From IMG/VR virus record IMGVR_UViG_3300045125_000156: a stretch of 35,157 bases of DNA, one strand, 5' to 3'. Below are positions 1 through 12,104 of this stretch, one piece after another (the first letter of the stretch is position 1; every line of letters starts with the position of its first letter). The notes beneath the pieces were generated by a model. The model was not told where the DNA came from. It made no database searches and worked only from the letters and a program-made list of their open reading frames with translations. A program made the position numbers and the translations under genes. This DNA comes from a virus.

Positions 1-577
1 TGAAGGTACTTCGTTCAGTTTCAGATTACAGGTGTTTTAACCGTTTTCGCATTTGTGAAACGCGCTTTCGCGTTTTTCGTGCGCCGCTTCATCGGACTCA
101 CAAATGCAAGCTTGAGCGCGGGGACGACAAGAGAAAGCAAATAGGCCGAGCCGCCCGAATGATGCGCAGCGGGGATGAGCGCCAACAGGAGCAAGGGAGG
201 AATTCTCATGCAGCGCGCCTTGGGGGCGACGCTTCGCGAGAAATGGCGCTAAGGCGTGAGTACGCATCGCAAGTAGAGCTCCGAGGTGAAATGTTCGGCG
301 ACATCCCACGGCTATTCCGGGCTGCGCAGCGTGCAGCAGACTGGCCTAGGCCAGACCGAACGAGAGTTTATCGACGAGAACATGGTGGGCGGCACGGCTG
401 CTGACGAAGAGGCCGATCGGCAATTAGGCGTAATAAGTAGCCTGCAGGAGTCGATCGGGGAGCTTTTGGGGGCGGGAATAACGAACTCGTCCAAGCTTCT
501 TCTGAACTTCGCTTGAAGCTGCTCGCGCGCTGCAGGGCGCAGTTGCCGGTCGCGGGCTTGATAACCTTCTACCCTAG
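1..577 (+). CDS. 3' end of a large putative virion protein (possibly tape-measure-like); partial, frameshifted
   Basis: Overlapping + ORFs (159..404, 286..516) give an Ala/Gly/Glu-rich helical-looking sequence. The likely end is ...EAARALQGAVAGRGLDNLLP* (TAG 575-577), followed by the RBS and ATG of the next gene. Function inferred from context only. Confidence 0.35.
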
Positions 578-585
578 AGGCAGCC

Positions 586-821
586 ATGGCCTTTCCCCCG
601 GATGAGCTGGGCGGCTTACCCAGCTTCACGGAGTGAACTTGTTACCCCCACGACGGGGTATCGGTCGTTACCGCGATCCACGAGAATCTGGCCCAAAACT
701 TCCGATTGGGCCTGACCCCTACACCGTGGATTTTATGTCGCAGCGCTGGCGTCTCGCCAAATACGTCGTCAATGAAATAGGCCCCGTCTATATCTACCGT
801 CACGCGGAGAAGCGCTCATGA
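586..821 (+). CDS. Small hypothetical protein (one frameshift)
   Basis: GAGG RBS then ATG 586 (MAFPPDELGG...), joining ORF 633..821; the stop overlaps the next ATG (ATGA). Confidence 0.55.
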
Positions 822-2025
822 GCCTCGCACGATACGCGCCGGGAGAAGATGCCGGGGGCAGCTCCAGCAAGGGCCTCTTCGCCCAATACCTTCAGGGCGA
901 AACGCCCTAAGTACGCAATAAACAACGGGTTTCGCGCTGATCTATTTCGCAACACCCTCGCGCGGATGTTCATTCGCGTTGACGCGTCTGAGATGCCTCT
1001 ATTTCTCGGATCGATCGCTGATGAGCACACTCGAAACAAGCTGGCGCGACAGAATCGCCGGGCGACCCCACCCCGGTAGAAGCTCCGACGCCAACAGCAA
1101 CGCCAGTTACGCCCTCGTCTACAGACGCCTCGACGCGCCGCCGGCCACAGCGACGGCAAATGGCTATCTGGACTTTTTAATTCAACAAGTTCAAATGCCC
1201 CTGCAAGAGAAGGTGCAGGTTACCGAGACGCTGTCAGACAACTACGTGGCTTACGCCTTTGGGCAATCCCCGCCCATGTGGCAGTTCCAAGGGGCCTTGA
1301 TCAACACCGTCCAGGATGATCAAGCGTCCAACATGTTTCGCCTGTACACGCAGATTCTCCGCGCTACGCAAATGGCGCGGCGGCAAAGAGTCTTTAAGCT
1401 TGTCTTTTGACTCGTATATCGTCAACGGGATCATTACGAATATCAACCTGAGTTTGTCCTCAAACAACGAGCTCATGGTTCCTTTTGCTTTTCAGCTTCT
1501 GTCAAACGCGTATTCATCACGAACTACACGCGCGGCTGGGTGCCGACACAGGCCAACACCCATTCTCCGCAGACCTGAACGCCATTGCGTATGACGGCAG
1601 GCCTCGTGAAGAAGGAGCACTGAACGTTATTGTCGGACGGACTTCAACAGAGAGCCAAGCGCTTGTGACGCCTACACCGCAAAATCAGGCGGACGGGCGG
1701 ACTCAACACTCAAAGTGGCGTCGATGCTGGAACTTCTCCACCGATATACAACCGCGTAGAAGCGCCCTCTACAACGCCGTTCACAGGCGCACCGCCTCGC
1801 GCGCCGCTGCTGGCGGCCGCAGCCCCCGAAGTTCGCACGCCCGCACCCACCAATGCGGCTCCTGGGCGACCAGAAACCACGTCTCCGCCGGGGCAAACCA
1901 CAAATCCAAATGTTGCTCCGACCACGCCAGCCACAAACCCGGCACCTGGACTAGCCGCGAGGCCGAGTGCCGCCGCAGCAAGCTCTCCACTAGGCACCAT
2001 CACGAATACGGGGACCTTGTTTTAA
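818..2025 (+). CDS. Putative tail/baseplate structural protein with Pro/Thr/Ala-rich C-terminus; frameshifted
   Basis: Joined ORFs give YLDFLIQQVQMPLQEKVQVTETLSDNYVAYAFGQSPPMWQFQGALINT...LYTQILRATQMA...FDSYIVNGIITNINLS, a beta-rich pattern resembling tail-tube/hub-fold proteins of large phages. ATGA and TAATG couplings at the two ends. Confidence 0.55.
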
Positions 2026-3153
2026 TGACGGCCGCATTACAACTCATCACCCCTGAATCGAACAGCCTGATAGCGCCGTCCGATACGGACATCTCGATTT
2101 CCGTCACAGATACAGGCGCCGACCCTGCGCGCGTGTTGAATGTGAGCGTAAACGCTGCGTTGATTTTTACGAGCTCGCAGCCGTCACGACGTTTCTCGAC
2201 GCGGGGTACACAGTGTCCGTCGCCACGCCGGAACCGAACGTCACCGTCTACACGCTGACCAAAACTACGCCCTGGCCCGACCCTTCAGGGTTGACGTCAA
2301 TACGACTTATCAGGCAGCCCCGGCGGCTCCGGTCCTTACTAAAAACAGCACTGCGATCGCCGGCGTTTTTCAAGTTGTTCCGGCCACGCCTTATTCAGGA
2401 CAACCCGATGCGCCTCCAAGAACGTCGATATCTTTGTCTATGGGCCAGCCCTCGGGCCCAGACATTGCCGGGTTTACTGTTTCTATAAACGATGCCGTCG
2501 CGCTGGTATTTCAGCCGGGCGCCCCCCGTCTGGTCTTTGCCGGACTATTACGGGGCCGTTAACTACACAGCGCAATCTGCCACGGTCTTCATCGCCCCGC
2601 GCCGGTATTTCAATTACGACTTTCCAGTTCAGGTGACAATAAACGCATCGTTAGCGGTGGGGCTTTCAGTAGCCGCAGTTACGCGCACATACAAGTTCTA
2701 CGTTGCGCCCCGGCTATCCGCGCCGCCTCCCCAGAACTTCAGTACAGCCGTGTCGATCAACTATTTGAAAACAGCCCGGCGATTGAGGGCGCTTCGCTAC
2801 GCTTTGAAGGGCGCCCTGCAAACGCGTCCGAGCGCCGCACCCTATCTGGTGTTGCTTTACGCCAGGATTTTACGGTCATCGTTGAAATCAGTGGCATCGA
2901 TCTTCAACCGGTCGGACCTGACCCCGTTGGCCGAAGCTCTGGTGCCGGAAGACCTCGTCGCCCCCACAGCTGCGCTTGTGCCGCTTACGCCGTTGAGATT
3001 CTCTGGGCTCCCGCTGTCTCAGAATCAAAAGAGATCGGGATTACCGAGGACACTTTGGGCTTGATAGAAAAAGCTTATGCCTCGCCCTATCCTCAAGAAA
3101 AACTCGGCGCCATCGCAGGGCTTGTGCTGCTCAACGCAAACGCTCGCGCCTGA
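2025..3153 (+). CDS. Putative virion protein with Ig-like beta-rich repeats; frameshifted
   Basis: TAATG-coupled start MTAALQLITPESNSLIAPSDTDISISVTD, continuing through 2492..3064 and ending ...AIAGLVLLNANARA* at 3153. Confidence 0.5.
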
Positions 3154-3195
3154 CGCTTTCACGCCGTGAAGACGCAGTAGCTTTTTGCTCCGAAG

Positions 3196-3213
3196 GCCCT
3201 CATTATTGAGGGC
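3196..3213 (+). promoter_or_regulatory. Hairpin covering the RBS of the 3214 gene
   Basis: GCCCTCA-TTAT-TGAGGGC is a 7-bp stem directly abutting ATG 3214, with GAGG in the 3' arm. Confidence 0.45.
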
Positions 3214-6200
3214 ATGCCCTTCGATCCGTCGGCCGTACGCAGCGGCGCTGCCTTCTCCACGAACCCCACGTATCAAGCGGCCTGGGTCTGCTATGTCAAC
3301 GGCATAGAAGTCCCCATCATCGGCTTCGAGATTCAGTGCGGGGTGTGGCAGCCGCCGGCCTTTACGATCCATATGATCCCGGACATCGTCCTGCAGCGCC
3401 TAGGCAGCGAAGACCGGGTGCCCGTTCAGATTTTTTACCTTGATTACTGGGTCGACGCAGAGCGACCAGAGTTTCGTCTGCTCGTTGACGGCGAAATTAC
3501 GGGGTGGAGTTACAGCTCTTCGGTCGGCCAGCGAACCATGGCGTTTCGCTGCGTGTCACACATTCACGTCTTTCAGCAGCTGTACTTCTTCTACATGACC
3601 AATGTCGACAACGTGGTTGCAGCGCGGTCGCCAGAAGTTTTGTCGAGCTCATTTACGTCCCCCGTCCTTCTCTACCCCTATTCCCTTTTCATCAGGGCCT
3701 TCTTGTCACCAATAACCAAGTCGCAGCAGCACGGGCACAACCGCGACGCCCAGGGCAGCCAGGGCAAGCTACGCCTGTGCCGATGGACGATCCGGACCGC
3801 CAATTTAGACCCCAACTCGCCGGCGCAACCGATTAAAGCCCCGTACGAACTCGTCTACAACGTAATCAAAGGCGTCATCAGCTCCGAAGTGCCAAATAAC
3901 CGGCATGCTGTTCCGATGATGAACTTCTTTGCGCGGCACATCCGAAAGACTCGATTGCAAAATCGTTTCGTGCGGTTGCCGTTCCTTGAGGACCCCGAGG
4001 CTCTGGGGGAAGAGCAAGGCGTATTCCCCATCTTCAAGGCGGCGCGGAACGCCGAAGCTTTAAACGCGATGCAGCGGCAAGTATCGGCCCAGACTGGAGA
4101 GTCCGGGCCGAGTCTGGAACATGCTGCAGCAAATTCTCTCCATGGTCTACATGGAGATCGCCATGATTCCCAACCCTGCGGCAGTGCTCGTAGAGCTGAA
4201 CACGGCGACTGCAGGACCTAGGCAGGATGGGGAAAATCATCGGGGTTTTGAGCAACAGTTCTCCGGTGCAGACAACGCCTGACCCTCAAACAACAACTCC
4301 AGCGAGTCCGCCAGAAACGGCAGAAGCGCCGGCCGCGCCGCAGGCTCAGAATAATGCGCCCATGAGCCCTACAGCGATTGTGGCCGCCGCTCTAAACCCA
4401 ATAACAGTGGCGCGAACCCTAGCGGGCGCTGTCGCCGCCGCAGTCAGGCCCTCACCGGCCCCGGCGGCCCCCGCACAGACGACCCCACAAACTTCTCAAC
4501 AAATTATTGAAGAGCTGCCGCCTCCGCGAGTGGCCCCCGTCGACGGGGGAACTCCGGCATTTCAAGGCATAAATCCGCGAACGCCCATTCGCCTCGCGCA
4601 GTATTTCCGTAAAGCCTCAATTTCTCTTTGCTGTCCCGCCACACTGCAACGTCATCTTTCCTTCGATGATCGATGCGTGGACGTACGACGAGCCGTACTT
4701 AACTCAGCCGACTCGCGTGTACGTTAACGACTCGGTAATGACACTGGGCTCTTCGCGCCAATGGGCCTAACCGTCACTTTATTCTGCACGCGCTAACCGT
4801 CGCCTTCCCTGAAGAAGCGGACGCTTTGATGCGCCACAAGGCGGGCGGAGACACAAATACAACGACGACACAGGCTACAGCCGGGAACCTTGAGTCCGGC
4901 AAGAACCTGTTGATCTGGCCTGAGGAGTGCACTACAAGGGCCCTGTCACCGAGAAACTGGACCTCCCGCCGTGGTTCCAGATGCTCCGACAATTCGCCAA
5001 CTCGCAGCCGGCTAATGGCGAAACCGGAGCCGCTGCCCCGGGAGCGCCAACTCCGGGGGCTGGAAGCCCCGCGACAGGGACCGCCAACGCTCCGGCAGTA
5101 CCCGCGCCGTTGGTGCCTGGGACGGCCGTCGCCACCCTCCATCGGTTTCTGAAGCTCGTCGCGGGACGCCTTTTTCGCGGCAGGAAGCCCAAGAGAATTT
5201 TGCGTACCGCTGGCGGATGACTCCAGAGACGCAACGGATCGGGGATACCAAGAGCGTGTTAATCAGCCCAAGCGCCACCTTTGGCGAGTTGGGCCCACCA
5301 AACGCAAACGGTAAATATCAATTGGAGCCAGGCGACGCTCTAAAAAATCCTGGCGGCGCACCTGATAGAAAGGTTCCCAAACGCTTTTGACCACGCCGGA
5401 TATGTGAGGCCTTCCGCAAGACAACCGACGGCGCCGCAGCCCCCCACGAAAAAGGTTGGCGATATGCACATTCAGGGGCGGGCCATCGACATGATGTGCA
5501 AGCGAAAAGTTAATCCCCGGGTACACGCCTACGCGGCATGCCTGATTTTGGAGAATGTCAGCCCCGCTGCCGAGTATCTTGTTCAAAACGCCGACGTTTT
5601 TGGAGTACAACTCGTTGTTTGGGCCCGTTCTGAATGGGACGCACGAGGCCGCCCTGGTCGGCGATACGCGCACTATACAAATGCTCCTGAAAAAGAAAGC
5701 ATGGACCACTTTGATCACATTCACATAGACTTGAATTTACCCGCCTCACGAGGGGAGTTACCGTTTTATCAAAATAATCGGCACTTATTCCCTGTGCGCC
5801 AGCGACGCCTGCCCCGCCGCAATGGTCAGGAACCCGTAGCGCCCACAGGCCCGCGCCCGCTTCCAGTACTGCGCCCGCCCCGCCGTCCAGGAGGGAGTCT
5901 TACGACTCCGACTCGGCCCGCGACGACGCCTGCCCCAGGGACCGCACAAGACGCCGCCGGCAGGACGGTAGCCTCACAGCCGGCCTACACGCCGGGAACG
6001 CCTGCGCCTGCGCAGAATGCTCCGGCTTCCCTGTCCCCGCAACGCAAGCGCCGACCGCCGTAGACACCGACACGCTTGAGCGCTCTGCTGACTCTTTTCA
6101 GCAGCTCTTTCGCCTGTACGCTCAATACGAATTTTTACGGCGCAGGTATACGCAGCGGCAGGCTGCGGTCCAGATGAAGTTCAATCCTTACATCGTGCCT

Positions 6201-7630
6201 GGCTTTCCGTCGATGCTCTTTGACTCGATGCGGACCCGTTTCCACATGGCTGGTTACATCCAGGCCGTTTCACACTCGGCGAGCGCCGCAGGCGGCGGCA
6301 GCATCTCGACCTCGGTGCAGATGACGTGCTGCCGGACACTGCCCGAGTTCATCAACGACGTACGCGCCGATGCTGAGCGTTTCCGCAGCCGAGTAACTGC
6401 GGCCCCTGCGGAAATTATCGACCAGATCCGCGAACGCATGCAGGATGAAGACAACGCCGAAGCGTTCTATCGCCGACTCTTTACGGCAACGGCCCGCGCG
6501 CCGGAAATGCCCCCACGGCCTTCCGTTGGACAGAAGCCATGGGCTACAGCCGAGGGCTTTTGACCGAAGACATCTATGTCCGAGGCGAATCGGTAGCGGT
6601 TACGACCGCCCGCGCACAAACCGTACAAAATGAGGAACAGAATGAAGTGGCGGCTACGACCGCGCCCGGAAATGCGCCAGATCCAACCAGTATCGGCGTA
6701 ACAGCCCTGACCGGTGCGGGGACGGCCATTGGCAGGACCGTCGGAGAAGTTGCAGCTTCTTTAATTTCTCCAACTTTGGCAAACGTGGGCGCCTCTGTCG
6801 GCTCCCGTGCAGGGTCGGCTCTCGGCCAAGAATTCGCAAGAATTAACCCCGAAGGCGTACAAAGAATTAACGCCGCAGCTTCAACGGCGCGCGGCGCAGT
6901 GGCCACGGCTTTAAACCCCGTGGCAACGGCCGCCGCCCTAAGGGATGCGGTTCGCGCCGTTACCACAAATGAGGCTGGGGCTGAAGGCGGGCCGGCTACA
7001 AATGAAGCCGGGGCTCCGGCGGGTCCGGCTACAAATACAACGGCACCTCAGCAAAGCACGTCTGGCAACTCCCCAGCCCAGCAGGCGAACCGCCAGCGGG
7101 TTGAGCACAACCTCGACCCCAACGTAGAACTTTCACCCCGTGAAAATATCTACCAGGACGCCTTTGACCGCTACGACATCGCCATGCAGCTGGCGTCACG
7201 GCCGGCGTGCACGTTGGAGCAGTACATTCGTTTCTGGCATGGCGGCGCTGAGGTAGGCGCTCTCGTAGACCAGCAGATCGTAACGGGGCCCCAGGACGCT
7301 TTTGCGTACATCGAGGTCAAACAGAACGAAGTGATCAAGAGCGTCGTTGGCGTTAACGGCTCAGCCGAATACCTACGGGGCATGGTCTCCCATAAAGTGG
7401 CGCTCTACTACGACCGCATCTTCAAATTGCGCCCGGGCCCCGGCACCGGTGCCGACCGCCTCACAGGTCCGACGGAGGCAGAGCGCGGGTATACCGATCC
7501 GCCGTCGGTACGGCCTTCAACGCAGCACTCTGGCGTCGCCGCTGATTATCCTCAAACGCGTGCCGACTGGGACTCGATCCTGATCACGTACCGTAACAAA
7601 GTACGAACGCTCTTGAGGCCGACCGTATGA
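3214..7630 (+). CDS. Very large baseplate hub-like/tail-associated protein with an internal Zn-peptidase-like (M15/LAS-type) domain; multiple frameshifts
   Basis: Consecutive + ORFs (3214..4221, 4227..4727, 4826..5220, 5404..6063, 6174..6563, 6539..7630) tile with no clear intergenic gaps. N-terminal CYVNGIEVPI...LLVDGEITGWSY and C-terminal KFNPYIVPGFP...GYIQAVSHS resemble hub proteins. The internal motif is H-IQGRAID...DHFDHIH. May be more than one gene. Confidence 0.55.
6965..7036 (+). repeat. 33-bp in-frame tandem repeat (TNEAGAEGGPA / TNEAGAPAGPA / TN)
   Basis: ACAAAT recurs at 6965, 6998 and 7031, with similar sequence between copies. Confidence 0.8.
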
Positions 7631-8325
7631 CTCCGGCAAAATCGTTAGACCTTGAGCTTTGGCGGGCGTGGAAACAGATGCCGACGCCTCAGAACCTGGA
7701 AGCGCTGATCAAACAGTTAAATCCGGTGCTGCAACGCGAGATGATGCGGTGGTCGGGCATCGTCCCAAAGTACGTGCTGGAGAACGAAGCAAAAAAGCTC
7801 GCTATCAAAGCGTGCGGCTCTTACAACCCCAACGCCGGAACCGCGTTGGCGACACACGTCACCAACCAGCTTCAAAAGTTGTCGCGCATCGCGTACCAGC
7901 GCCAGAGCTCAATGCTTGTGCCTGAGCAGCAGCGCTTGACGTTCAACCGCTACAACGCGGCCGTGCGGCACCTCGAAGATCTGAACGGCCGAAAACCTAC
8001 GATGGACGACGTTGCGGACTATCTGGCAATCAAGCCCAAAGCTCTGCAAAAAATCGTAGAGAACGTGAGGCCGAAAAGAGCTGATCGAATCTGGAGAAGG
8101 CCCTCAGTTTATTCAGCACGCTGAAAGTGACGTGCTCGATCTGGCCTACGGCGACATGACTCCGGTGCAAAAAAGATCTTCGAGATGCGCACCGGGTACA
8201 ACAACACGCCAATTGCCAAGAGCGCCAAGGAGATCATGAAGGCGCTCAACATCACGCAGAGCCAGCTCAGTTACCAGCTTTCGGCCATCAAGGCTTTGCT
8301 GGAGCGCGCACAGCGACTACGCTAG
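7627..8325 (+). CDS. Phage-encoded RNA polymerase sigma-70-family factor (regions 2-4); frameshifted near the 3' end
   Basis: Region 2-like LAIKACGSYNPNAGTALATHVTNQL; region 3-like LNGRKPTMDDVADYL; region 4 HTH in shifted frames (DMTPVQK..IFEMRTGY...SAKEIMKALNITQSQLSYQLSAIK); TAG at 8323-8325. Confidence 0.8.
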
Positions 8326-8329
8326 GCGC

Positions 8330-9618
8330 ATGACCTCGGCCGCAGAACTTCTGTCCCAGTCCTTAACTGAGCTGTCTGCCGCCCAGCGCCGCGCTCAAGC
8401 CCAATACCTGAACGTGCAAGCGTTTCCAGGGCAGAGCGGCCCGCCTCGGCGGTTTATGAGCGACATCGGATTTCTGTCATCTGGCGGGTTCGCGTACCTG
8501 AACCCGAACCAAGCCAACTACTACTACGATGACACCGAAAGCCCGCGAGATATCTTACAAATTATTCTGGTGCCCTACGGTATTGAAGCAGACTTCCAAC
8601 GTCTGACATCATCAGCCCCCAGGGACCGCCTGGTACATGCAGTTGGCGCGGGCACTGGCGGAGTATCGCCACACCCGGAAGACGACCGCTTCTTGATGTC
8701 GGGCACTCTCAATGCGCGACTTTATTCTGAAGCAAAGCAGACCGCCGCTGTACGGCGCATAACGTCGCGTACGGGGCCCGCTACGCATTTTATTGTCAAT
8801 CGTGAGGGTGGCGTATCTATCGGCCCCAGCGTCGACGCCATTACCAGCGCGGTTCCTGATTTCTCCGATACGGCCGTGTTCGTGGCAGTTGAATCCGCCT
8901 TGATGATCCTAGCCGCCGATCACACCCAGAGGCGGTTTGACCGTATCCTGGAGCAGCCTCTAACTGGCCCCCAAGTGGTGCAATTGGCAGTGCTCCTCAA
9001 CAAGCTGTTTACTGCCTTTGGCTCAAACTTTCCGCGTGCCTTCTCGTCAAGTTTGACTCCGGCTCAAGCCGGGCTGCGCTACGAATTCCAACCAGCCCCC
9101 AGCAGATAGCTGCGGGTAATTTTATTCAAACGCCCCCTACGCCGCCCGTAGAAAACCCCCGCATTTCATACGCCTTTACCACTCCGGTAAACTTCTTCAA
9201 CACGGTGGCGCAGCAGGGGCCCTACGAACTCGCCACCGACATCTGGCGCCCCTTTGCCTCGCCGACGCCAGCCAGCACCCGAGAAGAAGCCCGCTCGGCC
9301 ATGGCACAGCTTACCACCGCCGGGGAGGAGACAGCTTTGATGGGCAGCTACGTCACTGTGGCCGCCGGAGATCGCTCGACAGAGATGCAAACGGTCATTC
9401 GACGCCAAGTCTTCGTGCAGCGGCGGCGCGTAGCGCAACAGACCGAAGAAAATGCGGCAAATCAAGCGGCTGATGCGGCGGCATCGACGCTATCGACCAC
9501 TTTACCGAATGAGAACGTGCTCCAAACCGATCCGCACTCCTATGATTTCAGCACCGGTCTTTGGGGCGCTCCCGACCCGTGCTCGGCACCAGAAACGTCT
9601 AGTCATGCCCCGCTATGA
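8330..9618 (+). CDS. Baseplate-region protein with a degenerate amidase_2/PGRP-like domain; frameshifted
   Basis: RLVHAVG, THFIVNREG, VFVAVES and LTGPQVVQLAVLLNKL follow the order of N-acetylmuramoyl-L-alanine amidase motifs; continues into ORF 9205..9618. Confidence 0.5.
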
Positions 9619-10043
9619 TCTTCACATTCAGCTGGTAGACCCCAGCGAACAGACGTTCGGCGCCAACTTCAGTTTTGGCGTGGCCAACCCCATCCTGGTG
9701 ACGGGCTTTCAAGCCCTCGTGAACCGGTGGATGAAAATCTTCATGACGCCTAAGGGCTCACACCCTGTGCGCCGAACCGAGGGCACTGGGTTCCCGTCAC
9801 CTGCTGGGGTCAAACGTCACAGACATCCCGTCTTTGGAAGCGACGGTGTCCGAGTATATCGACGACGCCGCACCACAGGTTCAGGCGGTCGACCGCGTGT
9901 CCCCCAACCTGACAAATGACCAACGACTGCGGGCGGCGACGTTGCTTCAATTCAACGCTATAGACGCGTCCAGCATCGAGTTCTGGGTAGAGCTAACCAA
10001 CCAAGCGAATCAGCGCATGCGCGTACTGATCCCTATCTGGTGA
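9605..10043 (+). CDS. Baseplate wedge subunit, gp25/GpW-like; one frameshift
   Basis: About 145 aa with GFQALVNRWMKIFMTPKGSHPVRRTEGTGF (the LxTxxGs..p...GT pattern); lies immediately upstream of a baseplate J-like gene. Confidence 0.7.
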
Positions 10044-10049
10044 CCCCAA

Positions 10050-12102
10050 ATGGCTGAATACGACATCAACTCGACGGCGGCGGCTGAAGCGGCTGCGCTT
10101 CTGCGGGACCTGCTGCAGACGGCTATTCCTGAAAGGTGACTTTACGGAAGGCAGCGCCATCAGCGACTTGCTGATTGATGGGCACGCCATCATCACCGGA
10201 TTTTTACGACAACAAATTCAGAACGCCCGCAACCGGCAGTCTTTGATCACGCTCCGGTATTTGCCCGAGTCCGAAAGCACCTCGGACGCGGCGGACACCA
10301 TCTTAGACAATTTCTTCCGCACACGGGCTCAAGGCAAGTTCGCCAAAGGCGTGGCCACGCTGTACTTCAGTCAGCGGGGCGACGTGCTGATCCCCCGAAC
10401 AACGCGCTTTTTCAAAAGTTCGGCGCTGGTGTTCTATATCGACAGCGGCGCCCGGACCTACTGATCCCGGCAACCGACCTTCGAGCCGTCATCGGCCCAA
10501 ATGGCGTCGTGACCGGGTATAGCACCACTGTGTTCATGACCGCCGCACGCGTGGGCGTCGACTACAACGTCGCCCCGGGCAGGTTCGTATCGTTTGATCG
10601 CTTCAACCCCCTGTTGACCTATGTGAAAACCTGTCGGCGTTTACCGGCGGAGAGTCGACACAAACAACGCAAGATTTCATCAACCGGTCTACGAGCGCCA
10701 TCGCTCTACGGGCGATGGTCAATGCGCGATCGAATGACGCCACGCTGCTTGAGCAGTTTACGGACATCGAGCGAACGCTTACGGTCGGTTACGGCGACCC
10801 TGAGATGATGCGCGATCTTGTTGCCAACGTAGAGCAATACGGTTGCCATGCATGTCGGCGGGCACATGGACATCTACGTCCGGCAGCCGGTCCAACAAGT
10901 CGTCGAGCAGCTGGTCATCAACACGCTCACGCCGCGAAATGATGACGCCATCATCATGTTCCGGCACTTGAACCGCATACCCACGTTTGTGGCCGCCGGT
11001 GTCGTTCCTGGAGACGTGCTGGTCATTACGTCTACAACTCCGACTGGCAGCTTGCCGGTGTTTCAGTACGTCATTACGGCCGTCAGCAACTACGAGTTGC
11101 AGGTGGCGGCCAAAACGCCCTTTCCCATTCCAACTGACCGAATCGGCCAGCGCTATCGCCATCGCCTACACCGTAGGGAACAACTACCCGGACTTTGACA
11201 ACAAAATTGTCGAGGCTACGCCGTTGACTGACGCACAAACGTCCCGGCAATTCTCGCAATATAACAGTGTGATTCTGCCGGCGCGCCCGACCTACCTCAT
11301 CAAAGAGTGTCGAACTGTTGCCGCCGATACCGCCCCAGCTGGCCGGCTACGTCGAGATAACCTCGGGTGGCGTAAATTTCACGGCGCGAAAAAACACCGC
11401 GCCTACAGCGGCTCCGGCAGCCGGCGAGGAACTCGGTTACTTCTTTTCGGTCCAAAACCCGGCGAAGAGCCAGTCCGTGAACGCCGTTGCCACGCTGGAA
11501 GTGGGGTGGCCCGCGCTTGATTTGAGCGCTCTCAGCTTACAGATCACGTACGAGACGCCAACCAACTTCGAGGCAGTAGACGCGTACGTCGACGACCGCT
11601 TGAACCGGCCGGGCTGCAGCAACACGCTTGCCCGGGCGTATCATCCAATTTATCTGTTTGCGAGCATTCCTTATCGACTTCGGACCTCACCGATATCGGC
11701 CCTTGAAACAACCGTGCCTGTGTTTGACCCGCTCGTGGCCGAGCAGGCCCTTCAGAAGCCGTAAATAACTATCAGGGGACTGACCGCTTGGACGTAAGCC
11801 TTTTGTCCTCTGCGGCCCGCGCGACCTCTACCGCCGTGGCTTCGATTTACAACTTTACCTTGACCTATCAGCTCATCATCCCCGATGGACGGGTGATGAC
11901 GTTCGAAACGCAGGATGAGATAACGATCTTTCCCGACGGGGCGACTAGCACTGCGGCGCTGCTCAACCCCACCGACTTTGGGCTGCCCGCAACCGGCTAC
12001 TACTCGGGACTGCAACAGTTCCTTCTCAATCAAGGCGTGTCCGACCGCGTGACGCGCTACTGCGCCACTGACGGCGCCCTGGTCTTCGTTCAACGGAGCT
12101 GA
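10050..12102 (+). CDS. Baseplate J-like (gpJ/gp6-type) wedge protein; frameshifted
   Basis: GDFTEGSAISDLLI...ADTILDNFFRTRAQGKFAKGVATLYFS...MTAARVGVDYNVAPG...TVGYGDPEMMRD match the baseplate J layout. Confidence 0.75.
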
Positions 12103-12104
12103 CC

